DNA of 64,000 bases from Eledone cirrhosa (Eukaryota): NCBI GenBank assembly GCA_964016885.1, contig OZ024742.1, forward strand, positions 232,996,001 through 233,060,000, read 5' to 3'. Every line of letters begins with the position of its first letter. Position 1 is the stretch's first letter. Position numbers and translations under genes: made by a program. The notes under the pieces are model-generated. The model was not told the origin of the DNA. It did no database searches and worked only from the letters and a program-made list of their open reading frames with translations. Below are positions 52,336 through 64,000 of the stretch, in pieces.

Positions 52336-53757
52336 TTTCTTCAATATTCTTGATTTGGACAACAATATTGTCCACAGTATTACTAGGGCTCCTAAAACAG
52401 CCTTCAACAGTTTTATTGTTTTGAACAACATTACTTTCCACAGGGTTGTTGGTTGGGATTACATTGTTTTTTGCAGGCATATTGTTGTTGTTGTTGTTGT
52501 GAACAATAGATTTAACAAGATCAGATGTAATGTTAGGAAATATTGGGTTGTTAGAATCAGAGCAGTTATTTTCTGTTGAGTTATTTGTTGAGAAAGTTTG
52601 CATCTTGAACGAAAATTTTACTGCAGGTGATGACTGATGGATTTGACTTGCAGTAGGATATGAAAAACGTTTAGTTTTCCTTTTTAATCTATTTTTCTTG
52701 CTTAAAAAAGGAGTGGTTGTTGTTTTATGTTCCAAAGTTACATTTGGTTCACAAGAGATTAATAAACTATTAAGTTGTTTGTTTTCTGTGTTTTCACACT
52801 CTGAATAACTGTCAACTTTTTGTCTTTCAGAAGTCCTTTCACAAACACCATCAACCAATTTAACTTCTAACAAAGTTTTAACAGAATCAAATTTTTCACC
52901 ATGTTTTTCTTGACTATATATATCATTTAAGCAACCCTCAACAGTTTTTAAATTATTTTCACTGGTTGAACTGTGTTGCTTTGACTGTATTTTCTTTGCA
53001 TGTTCTAGATTTTTGTCAATATCTAAATCCACAACATTCCTAGATATTTCACAAGTATCCACTGGATTATTTAATGGTTTGGAAGGATTTTGCTCAAGGG
53101 TTGCAGATTCGAATGAATTATTAAGATTTGAGCTTTTACAACAGTTTACATTTTCTTCGTTCATTTTAAATTCATTTTTATCAAAATCTAAATTTACTGT
53201 AACTGGACTATGATTTACATTATTCTTAAGGGAATTATAATCTGGAGTCAGATCACCTGATACTTTAGTAATACAGTGTATATCAGTTGGATGGAATATC
53301 ATTGTTGTATCTTCTGAAACTAACTCACTCTTAAGCTTATCCGATAGAACTGGTGATAATATATCAGAAAAATGAACACTCTTATGCAGTGATGTCTGTT
53401 GTTTATTTTTAATTAAAATAGAATGTAGAAGAGAACTATCTTCTTTCTTAATACTATCAACTGGAGGAGAAGACATGTTTATTGTTTCAGTTGTGTGAAA
53501 AAAAAGAGTTGGATAACCTTTAGAATCATCATTGTTAATAGTTTCAAATAATACAGGGGAAGATGTTTCTGGAGAATATTTTGAGAGATCAGTAGTAGTT
53601 AGGCTTTTATCATTGTCATTCAACTCAGTCTGGATTGTTGTAGACAATGTAGCAGAGTCCTCTAATTCAGATGTCTCTCCATTTGGAGAAAATAAAGCAC
53701 GGGCAAAACATTTTGATTGTGTAATTTCACTCATGTTTTCTTCATCTTTACACACAC
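51514..53757 (-). CDS. BRCA2: BRCA2 large exon (low complexity, with 12-aa repeat tract)
   Basis: 751-aa ORF; tttcag|GTGT...GAAG|gtaata; 2,244 nt, phase 1-1. KRKTKRFSY resembles human KKTNKFIY. Confidence 0.88.
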
Positions 53758-53973
53758 CTGAAAAATATATACAATATATATGCAGTTAAACTATATCACA
53801 AACCTGCACAAGGTAGGCACTTCTATCCATTTACTAATATTAAGTAATTTACTTAATTTCTTGCCTATTATCTATAGTGATCAAATGTTATTAGTTATTT
53901 TCTGCATTTGGGACTCTCACATTTTCAAAAGTCTAAATATTCAACAATTATTATAAATATTAGTCAAATATAC

Positions 53974-54116
53974 CTTCAGAGTCAATCTTATTATAACAAG
54001 GTGGAGTTGCCAAAGAGCTGGTCCAAGAATAAGTGCTATCGTCCAAGCTAATTCCCAAACTGTTTCTGTTATTTGCTGTAGAAGTTGAGAAAACTTCATT
54101 TTCAGGCTGCTTGAAG
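53974..54116 (-). CDS. BRCA2: BRCA2 exon with conserved SLG..SWTSSLATPP motif
   Basis: tttcag|CTTC...GAAG|gtatat; 143 nt, phase 2-1; SWTSSLATPP matches human SWSSSLATPP. Confidence 0.92.
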
Positions 54117-54515
54117 CTGAAATTATTTATATAAAATGAAAAACAACATTTATAATGAAACAATACAAAAAAAAAAACATTGCATTTATTGGAATTTGCA
54201 TGGGCAATTTATTTACTAAAATATTCATGGCTTATATCAAAACCACGAAACAATGGAATATAGAGAAATGTTAGATAAGTTTGTATATCATGAGGAGACA
54301 GAGAATAAAGAGAAAAGAAGAATTTTTCTTTGACAAGATCTTGCTTGAAACATTAATACTCATCTTACCCTTTGATATACAAACTTATTTGTGAATTATT
54401 CTAAATGATTTTTTGCCAATGCAAACCCCATTAGCTTTACAAAAAAATCTGTTTCTTTTATTTATTTAAATTGAATTTCAATAAAATAAGTATGAAAAAT
54501 AAATTTTGAAAATAC

Positions 54516-54606
54516 CTGTTGGATTGTAGACTTTGTGATTCAGAATGTTCTTTTATAATGTTTTGTTTGTGAGATTTTCTCTTATTACTAAAATGAGGAG
54601 TTGATG
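54516..54606 (-). CDS. BRCA2: BRCA2 exon (ASTPHFSNKRKSHKQ...)
   Basis: ccatag|CATCA...CAACAG|gtattt; 91 nt, phase 1-2, bridges the neighbouring exons in frame. Confidence 0.75.
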
Positions 54607-57600
54607 CTATGGGATAAACATGAATATTCATTAATTAAATCAAGCAAAAGTAAAATTGATATTTTATCAAATATATTTATACGGACAAAATAAATCAATT
54701 GGAGGTTGCTGAGTCCTTGACACAACGGATGAGTCCTCTCATCCCTTTTTGGGCATAGTTTCTACAGCTGGATGCCGTTCCTATCATCAACCACCTAACA
54801 TGGTAAATTAGGGGCATTTTTTATGACATCAACACAATAAAAGTAATTGTGTGGTGACTGAAGGGTCCTCTCAACCCCTTTTTCAACATGGTTTCTATGG
54901 TTGGAGCCCTTCCTAACACCAACCACTTTACAAGGTAAATGTGTTGTAGAATTTCTTCTGATTGTGTTCTAGGTTCAAATTCCATCAAGGTAAACTTTGC
55001 TTTTCATCTTTTTGGGGTTGATAAATAAAGTACTATTACTGGAGTTGAATCGCATTTTGTCTTGCTCTCTCGGGAAGAAATTGGGTGTTGTCAAACTTAG
55101 AGATGGATAGATCTGCCAGGTTTGGATGCCCGAGGCATGTCATATGTCACAATGTCAACTCTACCAGGATTTGGGGGCTCAAAGCAAGATGCTGACTACA
55201 TGTTTTAACCCATTTGTCACCACATGTTTAATGAAATACACTCTCTTTCAATTAAATAATGAAGAATTTTGTAGGATTTACAAAAAAATAAATAAAGAAA
55301 TCCATAATCATTTCATTACTATGAAAGTAACTTAATATATGATTCTTATACAAAATTATAATGGACGATTTTAATTTAAATAGGAACTCTTTTATTAAAC
55401 CAGAGTTGGTATCAAAAAAGATTAATTAATTTTAAAAAAAAAATCAAAAACTTTGACGAATCTAATAAACAACTAACAAGCTAGTGTTTAGAACACAAGT
55501 TAACAAACATTTAGTGCATAATATATAATTGTTGGTTTTTCATTTCAATACAAACACTATTAGATGAACAGTTTTTGTTAAAAAGAACCAGTGGGATTTC
55601 TCAGGCAGGTTGGGTAAAAATATAATTTTCCAAAGTCATGTTTTTTCATTTCAGAGCTAAAATTTTGAATCATAATACTGTTTAGTATATACACTCACTC
55701 ACACACAAGATTATCATTTATTTAAATAAAAAGAAATAAAAGAAAATGGAATAAATAAAAAGCATTTATTGTCATATTGTACTACCAATCCAAACACCCC
55801 ACAGGGCAGGCCGGGTGCCTTCTGCATTGCCACCAACACGACTACCTTACAAGGTAGACTTGGTGCCTCATATTATGTTAATATGACCACCTCACAGGGA
55901 GGGGAGGGGGCTGGACACCTATTTGTCATGTAACCAACACGACCACCCTGCAAGGAGGGTTGAGTGCTCTTTTGTTATGAGACCAACATGGCCACCTTAC
56001 AAGGTGGACTGAGAGCTTTCAGCCACTCCAGCAGCATTGTGGGAGAGTGTGTTCAACTTTCCATATGTGTATACATGGGTTGGTCAAGAGAAATGCATCA
56101 GATGTGGAAAGTGGGGTAGGGGTTATGTAGGATGATGGTTGGAGAAGTAGGTCTAGGCTGAGGTACTTAGCTGGTGAAGGGTAGAGTGATTAAGACGTGG
56201 GAGGAATAGGGGAAGAGGTGATGCTAACTGGAGACCACTAGATGTTGCTTATTCCTGTACACATGGGAGAGAGGGTCTTCTGCAGTACTGCATAATGCCA
56301 GAGATCACAATCCTGTGTCATCTCCTGTGAGAGTTGTGTTAGGTCAGTTTTTATCACCTTATCCCAAGCTTTCTTATGTCTACCATAGCTACCATCAACT
56401 TTTAGCACCCTGCCCCTTTTTATACAACTGTCATTCTTCATATGCATTACATGTCTATACCACTGCATCTAATCCTGCTTATGCCTCGTACCTCTCTCAG
56501 TTCATTTACACTTTGCCGTTCATGTATATTATTTTCTTATTACACATCCATTGTAGCATACCAGCTTTCTTTGCAATCTTTTAGGTGCCACACAATGAAT
56601 TTCCTTACAGTTTCTGGTTATCAGATTCACTCAAAAAGCCCTAGTTGGCCTGAGGAAATAGTAGAAGACACTTGTCTACAGGCCACAAAGTGGGACTCAT
56701 TCCTAAACCATGTGGCTCCAAACCTACATTTTAACTACACAGTCATGCCTGCACTTCTAAAAAAGTGTATATAATATGGAACACAGTAGTTTTGAAGATA
56801 ACTCATAATCCTAATTATCTTACTTCAAGTATGTTGTGACCAGTAACTATTCTAAGCCAATAGTATAGAACAATCATCATCATCATCGTCACTGTTTAGC
56901 GTCCATTTTTCCATGCTTGCGGATTAAACTATTTATTCATTTTCCCCTGTTTATATTTTGTAATTATGCAAATTATACTGGCTAAATATCTTTACAATTC
57001 CTTTTTCAGTTTCATTTACTGACAATGTCTAAAAAAGACTTAAAACATGTCCGTAGCTGTCATCTGAAATTATCCCCCTTCCTCTTTGAATGTCGCTAAG
57101 GCAGCTAGTTTTTTTGTTTTCTTTCTCCAACTAAAAGGCAAATTTCAATTCATTGAGAATTTTTGGTGTACATGATTCAATACTTCCCCACCTACTTGAA
57201 TTATTTACAGTACCTATTTACCTACATTCCTAAAAGAAAATTATAGAAATAATATAACTAACATATTTGATTGTCATTTCTTTTGTTCATATATTCAGCA
57301 GTTATGGGGACTGTTAATCCTCATCAACTAGAACATATTGCAGCCCTTTGGGAATTTACATGTCATGTGAGATATAGCAACTTTAAATAGGCAAATGATG
57401 TTTTACTAACAAATACATATTTTGAAATGTGAAAAAAAAAAAAGAAAAGAAAAAGGAAAACACACACACAGACACAGAGAGAAAGAATGTACATTCTCAT
57501 TACCAGAAATAATAATCAGTCCATTACAAAATATGGTATATCAGTGTGACCTAGTTTTGAAAGATTAGGATTTGAAATTGGGGCTTTAAAAAGTAGCTAT

Positions 57601-59044
57601 TCATTAATAACTAACTATTAATTTGTTCAATTATATCTGAAAGAGTCTCTTCTAATTAAGACAACACCAGGTCAATAACCAACTATTTAGTCTACAAGAG
57701 GTTGTCAGAGAAACTTAACCCTTTTCATACCAAACTGCCTCAAACCACCCCTGGTTCTATGATACAAAGCTGTTTCTCATCATCATCATTGTTTTTACAT
57801 TGAATTTTCCATGTTGGCAGGGGATGGATGGGATATTTTCAGACTACATTTTACAGCCAGATGCACTTCTTAGATTCAATATTATGTGAGATAAAGCCTT
57901 TACTGCGAAAATTCAATAGTAAATATAGAGTAATGTAAATGTTATAGGGTTAAACCTTTTAGTTGCTTCTTACATGCAGGGATATGTTATACCTATTCTA
58001 TTATCATACTTATCTAAAATTCTTCCATTGTAATTTTATGTAAGAACATTAGCTTAAGAAGGACTTAGTTATTTTATAAAATTCCTCCAAATTCTTGGTT
58101 ATTTAAAAAAATTACTTAAAAATTGTAAGCAGTATATTTCATTAGAAATATGATACTATCATTTAATTTAACCCACCCACGCAAACTCCTCAAAAGAGGT
58201 CTCCCTTTTCAACTAAATGCTATGATACTGCACTACTTTTGGAGAAGTCAGAAAATAGACAAAAAGTAGACAGAATTAGAGAAACGAGATGGCTAAAATA
58301 TTGTGTGCTAGGCTGTAGTGCATATATGCCCTTGTGCACTGCAAGCAGTGCACTGAGCTGGTGCTTTTCTTGGTTTCATGGCATGAAGCGACTGAGAGTA
58401 CAAGACTTTCCCCTGAACAGGACACTAATCCATTGCAGGGTTAAACCCCTAGCTATTGCTGGTACTCATTTTCAAGTGAGTATACTGGAGCAACGTGAAA
58501 TTAAGTGTTTCGCTCAAGAACACAACACGCAACCCAGCCTGGGAATCAAACCCACAACATTATGATTGTAAGTCCAACACCCTTACCACTAGGCCATGTG
58601 GCAAGGCTGTACTACATCACATAACATCTACAGGTGATGATGAGATTATCTTTGATGATTCACAACAAGAAAGGGCTACAACAATTAAACACAACTAAGA
58701 CTAATTTCATGTTCACATCCAATGACACCAGATCAACAGTTGCTAACAATGTCATTTGTTGCTAGACCCCAGACTAAACATGTATTCCAGCTGTGAACAT
58801 CATATCTTACTTTTCAGGTGTCGTGTATCTAGGACTTCATTTATTTTCTAAAGTTCATAGAGTGTCATTTGAGAGGGATTTTGCTGCTTTCTTTAGTTGA
58901 TTGAGCAATTGCATAGTGACTCTTTTGTTGGTTCAAATAATTTTGTTTTTTCAGTCAGCACTTGCTTTGAAATCTACAGCCCACTAAGATTATGTACAAA
59001 GTACATTTACAGTTGAATTCAATTTATTTAATATCATACATTAC

Positions 59045-59176
59045 CTTGAACCGGGCTTCCAGTGAGTAGCAACAAATCTGAGGTTTCGTAGTTGAAAATG
59101 GTGGTGTTACTAGAAGGTACATTCTTTCCAAGCAACTTTTGGAGTGATAATTTTACAAACCAGTTAGAAGCTGATT
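59045..59176 (-). CDS. BRCA2: BRCA2 N-terminal exon (PALB2-binding-like SNWFVKLS motif)
   Basis: tttcag|AATCAG...GTTCAAG|gtaatg; 132 nt, phase 1-1; ESASNWFVKLSLQK resembles human LNWFEELS. Confidence 0.75.
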
Positions 59177-62100
59177 CTGAAAAAGTAAATAAGCAAAAAA
59201 AAAAAAGAAAACAACAAAGATAATATGAAACTCTATCTAAATAAAAAGACAAAACAAAACAAACCATTCTGATTATGGGACACTTAGTTTTTCAGTAGTA
59301 ACGATGGTAATGGAAATCCCTGAACTCTACTGCAATGAACATGCCAAAATAGACTGGTCGTTGTCATAAAATTCTACAAATAAATATTACAGTTCTGGTT
59401 GTAGGTGCCAGTCAGTTGAGAGCATATGTAAGGTGGAAGGGTCGATAGTGTTAAAATACACACACATATACACCAGGTCCGAACACAGAGGAGCCAAACT
59501 TCCACTACCACCACCTCCGCCTCTCTCACCCTCTCCATCTCTCACTATTATGAGCAAATGGGGTGCTACACACTGGCTGCCCCACGGCACCGGCAGACTG
59601 AATAGAAAAGGCGTTTCTCTAGAGAATGGTGAGGGAGATGTACTGGAAGAGCCATTCCAGCTCGTGAGGCTCACACCTGCAGCTAGCCATCTCAGCGCCT
59701 ACAGTGGTGAGTAGGGAGATGGCCCTAGGGCCATGGACACCAGAAAAGACAAAAAAGATGTCAGACTAGATGTAACTGCATGATGAGGTAACCATGTCAT
59801 TATACAAGAAAAGATGAAAGAAAACACATTACCAGGAATACAGGCAAAAATATAATAAAGACTGGATGATAAGGAAATCATAACAGTCTATAGTTACTAG
59901 ATTAAGATAATACAAACAAATGACTAAGAGGGTGAAATGGTGTTAGTGAGACATATGTGGCTTTGAAGCCTGGGCAATATAATATTTACATGGGTAAACA
60001 CAGACACATATACATCATCATCATCATTATTTCATTTTACGTCCGCTTTTTCCCTGCTTGCAAGGGTGGGACGGGAACTGATTCTGGTTTGATTTCTACA
60101 GCTGGATGCCCTTCCTAACACCAACCTCATTTACAGTGAGTGCTGGGTGCTTTTTTGCCGTGGCACCTCCACGACCACTTTGCAGTGGAATGATATGGAC
60201 CCCAGTCCTATCATCTCATTTCTACAGCTGAGTAAACTGGAGCAATGTGAAATAAAGTGTCTTGCTCAAGGAAACAACACATCACCCGGTCTGAGAATTG
60301 AACTCACAACCTTTCGATTGCAAGGCCAATGCTCTAATCACTAAGCCATGTGCCTCCATCATCACTATTTTTACATTTGCATTTCAGTTGGCATGGGTTG
60401 GATGAAGCTTTCTGTGAGGCAATGTTCAAGAGCTGGATGTCCTTCTTGACACCAACCTCTGTTCACACTGAACTGCTGAGCTGTAGGACATAAACACACA
60501 TATATACATACTCTACATCAGAAGTTCTCAAACCTTTTGGGCCACCACCCTCCTCATGACCATGTAATACCCTCAGCGCCTCCTGATATATATAATATAT
60601 ATATATAATCATCATCATCCCCATTTAACGACCACCTTCCACGCTAGCATGAGTTAGATGGGTTGTCCCATTTGAAGCTGGTTGGGTCAGGTGACCGTAT
60701 CCTGCTCATATAGAACTGTTTCTGGCTAGATTTCTACAGCTGGATGCCCTTCCTAACGTCAACCGCATTTACAGTGTGTGTATATGTATGTGTGTGTGTA
60801 TCATCATCATCATCATCATCATCGTTTAACGTCCGTGTTCCATGCTTGCATGGGTTTGGACGGGAGTTTTCCCACTTGAGGCAAGAGTGGTTGTCTTGCT
60901 CGCATAGGACTGTCTGGCGGATTTTCTACAGTTGGATGCCCTTCCTAACACCAACCACATTTACAGTGTGGGGCTGGGAGGTTTTTACCGTGTTGCCTAC
61001 ACGGCCACATTACAGCGTGGACTGTCTGGCAGGTTTTCTACAGCTGGATGCCCTTCCTAACACCAACCACATTTACAGTGTGGGACTGGGACGTTTTTAC
61101 CGTGTTGCCTACACGGTCACGTTACAGCGTAGAAAGACAAACACCAACCACATTTACAGTGTGGGACTGGGACGTTTTTACCGTGTTGCCTACACGGTCA
61201 CATTACAGCGTGGACTGTGTGTTTTTTTTTCGTGACACCTACACGATCTCATTTGTTTCGGCCTGGATTTTGTGGCACCAACATAACTTTACATTGAAAG
61301 GGGCGGTGTGGATGGGGTGGTGGTGGTGGGACGGGGGTGTATTTTGTTAGAGGGTTTTACTTTGTATTTAGGTAATGCGGGTCTTCTCTGTTACTGAGTA
61401 CCGCCAAAGGTCTCGGTCCAGTGACATTGTCTTGGAGAGGTATATATATATATATAACATCCAGTCCTAAATAAATGAGGTCGTGTAGGTGTCACAACAA
61501 AAAAAACACACAGTCCACGCTGTAATGTGGCTGTGTAGGTAACACGGTAAAAACCTCCCAGTCCACACTGTAAACGTGGTTGGTGTTAGGAAGGGCATCC
61601 AGTCGTAGAAAACCTGCCAGACAGTCCTATACGAGCGAGATGACCAATCTTGCCTCAAGTGGGACAATTCCCGTCTAAACCCATGCTAGCGTGGAAGATA
61701 GACGTTAAACGATGATGATGATGATGATGATATACATATATATATATATTTATATATATATATATATATATATAAATGGAAAAAATGAAACAAAATTTCA
61801 TTTCTCACTCTTAGTACGGCTGTTACTTAAATATAAGTATGTATACGTACATACATATATGTATACAGATGTACAGTAGTATGTATATATATACATACAT
61901 GCACACATATATATATATGTACGTATGGGTTTACCAAATATTTATTATAATGCTCAGTGTGTTTGTAAACAAACAAACAGCCCGAATTAAGCCGTACAGT
62001 GTTTAGCAACCATCGTTGTTCTTTGTTCAACACTGACAAAGGAACGATGTACTAGTTTTAAGCTTATTAGCTATCGTCAGCACCATATACCTTCTTGCCA

Positions 62101-63234
62101 GATGATTGAACGTCTGAAAATATATACTTTCCTTATGCATATTAACGGCTGAGCAGCCTAATTTGCATATCGAGTGAGTTAGTCGGCCGGGCGCACCGAA
62201 AACGATAAATGGAAAAAATGAAACAAAATTTCATTTCTCACTCTTAGTACGGCTGTTACTTAAATATAAGTATGTATACGTACATACATATATGTATACA
62301 GACGTACAGTAGTATGTATATATATATACATACATGCACACATATATATATGTACGTATGGGTTTACCGAACATTTATTATATATGTACATTCTCTATAG
62401 ATGTGCATATGCATGTAGATACTAGTTTCTATGTAAAATCTTCTGAATTAGTTTCAAATTATAGAAAGCTATATATATAGTTATGTTGAATATTTCTCAT
62501 CTTCTTTAGTAGTAATAATAATAACAACAACAATAATAATAAAGAAAAATGTATAATGACAATTATTAGTAATTATACATCTTGCTACATAAGAAGGAAT
62601 GCTTTTTAAGATGTAAGCTTTTCTGTAGCCAAAAGTGGTAATTATGTTGAGGAATGGTATCTGTCTGACATTGTTTATAAAGTAAACTGCAGGATCTGAA
62701 GAAACCGGTGTTAGTCTACATCAGCTATTAGTGAGTATGTGTGTATGAATCCCAATATTCCTGCTGGAGTTGTCAGTCTGAACATAACTGATTACTTTCA
62801 GAGGAGGAGTGAGAAAAAATATTAGAGGAAGAATTGACTCTAGTACTGGACTGGTACTTTTTTTTTTTGATCTTGAAAGAATGAAAAGCAAAGATGACCT
62901 CAGCAGAATTTGAACTCAGAGTGCAGAGAGAAGGATTGAATATCGCAAAGCATTTTATCTCATGTTCTAATGACTCTGCAACTATTAGTGAGTATAAACA
63001 TGTCAGAACAAGAATACATTTTTAGTATGAGGTGGAAGGAATGTCTAATATTTTGGGCAGTACATTAGAGAGTGATAGGTAGTTTATATACTTTGAATTA
63101 ACGTTTGCAGTTGTAAGCATAATATACTTGCACTCTTAAAACACATGAATGGGGAAGTGGAGAAATAAAAAAAAAAGAGAAAAGTGAGCAAGAAAGACCG
63201 GAAGGCATTTCAGTATTTATTTGTATATATCACC

Positions 63235-64000
63235 ACTATACCACTATTAGCTGCTAAAGGGTTCTCCCTAAAAATGAAAGGCAGGTTGTACGATGCCTGC
63301 ATACGAACAGCAATGTTGCATGGCAGTGAGACCTGGGCATTGTGTGCAGAGGATATACGCAGACTAGAGAGGAACGAAGCTTGCATGCTCCGCTGGATGT
63401 GTAACAGTAATATACGTGAACGGCAAAGCATAAACGAACTAAGGAAAAAATTAGAAATAAGAGGGATCAGATGTTGTTTACTCGAGAGAAGGCTACGTTG
63501 GTATGGACACGTGATGCGCATGAAAGTCGATAGCTGTATAACAAAGTGCAGGGCAATAAAGATAGACGGTAGCCACGGAATAGGCAGACCTAGAAAAACC
63601 TGGGACGAGCTGATAAACTCCGACCTCACACACTTACACCTCTCCAAGACAATGTCACTGGACCGAGACCTTTGGCGGTACTCAGTAACAGAGAAGACCC
63701 GCCTTACCTAAATACATAGTAAAACCTACTACAGCCAGTAGGCATCTCTAACAAAATAACCCCCCCCCCCCATCCACACCACCCCGTTCTATGTAAAGTT
63801 GTGTTGGTGCCACACCATCCAGGCCGAAACAAATGAGATCATGTAGGTGTCACGACAAAAAAACACACAGTCCACGCTGTAATGTGGCCGTGTAGGCAAC
63901 ACGGTAAAAACATCCCAGACCCACACTGTAAATGTGGTTGGTGTTAGGAAGGGCATCCAACTGTAGAAAACCTGCCAGACAGTCCTATGCGAGCAAGACA
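63235..64000 (+). mobile_element. RTE LINE 3' fragment with long 3' region
   Basis: 175-aa ORF GFSLKMKGRLYDACIR..LHGSETW..RRLRWYGHV..GRPRKTW. Related copies at 16400-17370 (+), 7690-8480 (-) and 56270-56580 (-). Confidence 0.9.

Larger units (their letters stand above)
1540..59176 (-). other. BRCA2: BRCA2 gene body (partial; 16 exons traced, start exon not located, 3' end continues left of window)
   Basis: Exon chain with canonical GT/AG sites and consistent phases. It encodes BRC repeats, the helical domain (NHYRWIIWKLA), OB1 (IEVTDGWY; RPAKWNSRLG..DPRPF) and the tower start, in the order known for BRCA2. Confidence 0.97.

Noticed and set aside
51482-52579. Plus-strand repetitive ORFs (107, 205 and 241 aa)
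   Set aside because: Antisense readings of the 36-bp minisatellite.
57040-57229. Possible extra BRCA2 exon after a ttttag acceptor
   Set aside because: Stop codon in the required phase; the flanking exons already join in frame.
62575-62695. Candidate BRCA2 start exon (ttcag acceptor, internal ATG)
   Set aside because: The ATG frame stops after 9 codons with no similarity; the start exon remains unlocated.

Overview
AT-rich, transposon-dense animal genomic DNA. The SINE/RTE repertoire and (AT)n/(ATG)n microsatellites suggest a coleoid cephalopod such as octopus (inference). The window is occupied by one large minus-strand gene, BRCA2. I traced 16 phase-compatible GT-AG exons from 59176 down to 1540 (9,342 nt, about 3,114 codons), running from an N-terminal PALB2-binding-like NWF motif through the BRC region, helical domain and OB1 to the start of the OB2/tower. 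The start exon was not located and the 3' end lies left of the window. The striking feature is a tandem array of 18 near-identical 35-aa (105-bp) BRC repeats plus 2 dispersed BRC repeats (about 20, versus 8 in human). A separate exon carries about 23 copies of a 12-aa Cys-containing repeat. The introns hold a decayed full-length Ty3/Gypsy LTR element, a Tc1/mariner element with TIRs, a solo LTR, Helitron-like and piggyBac-like non-autonomous elements, RTE, CRE and CR1 LINE fragments, several SINE families, long foldback inverted repeats, and up to three hammerhead-ribozyme motifs on the BRCA2 sense strand.
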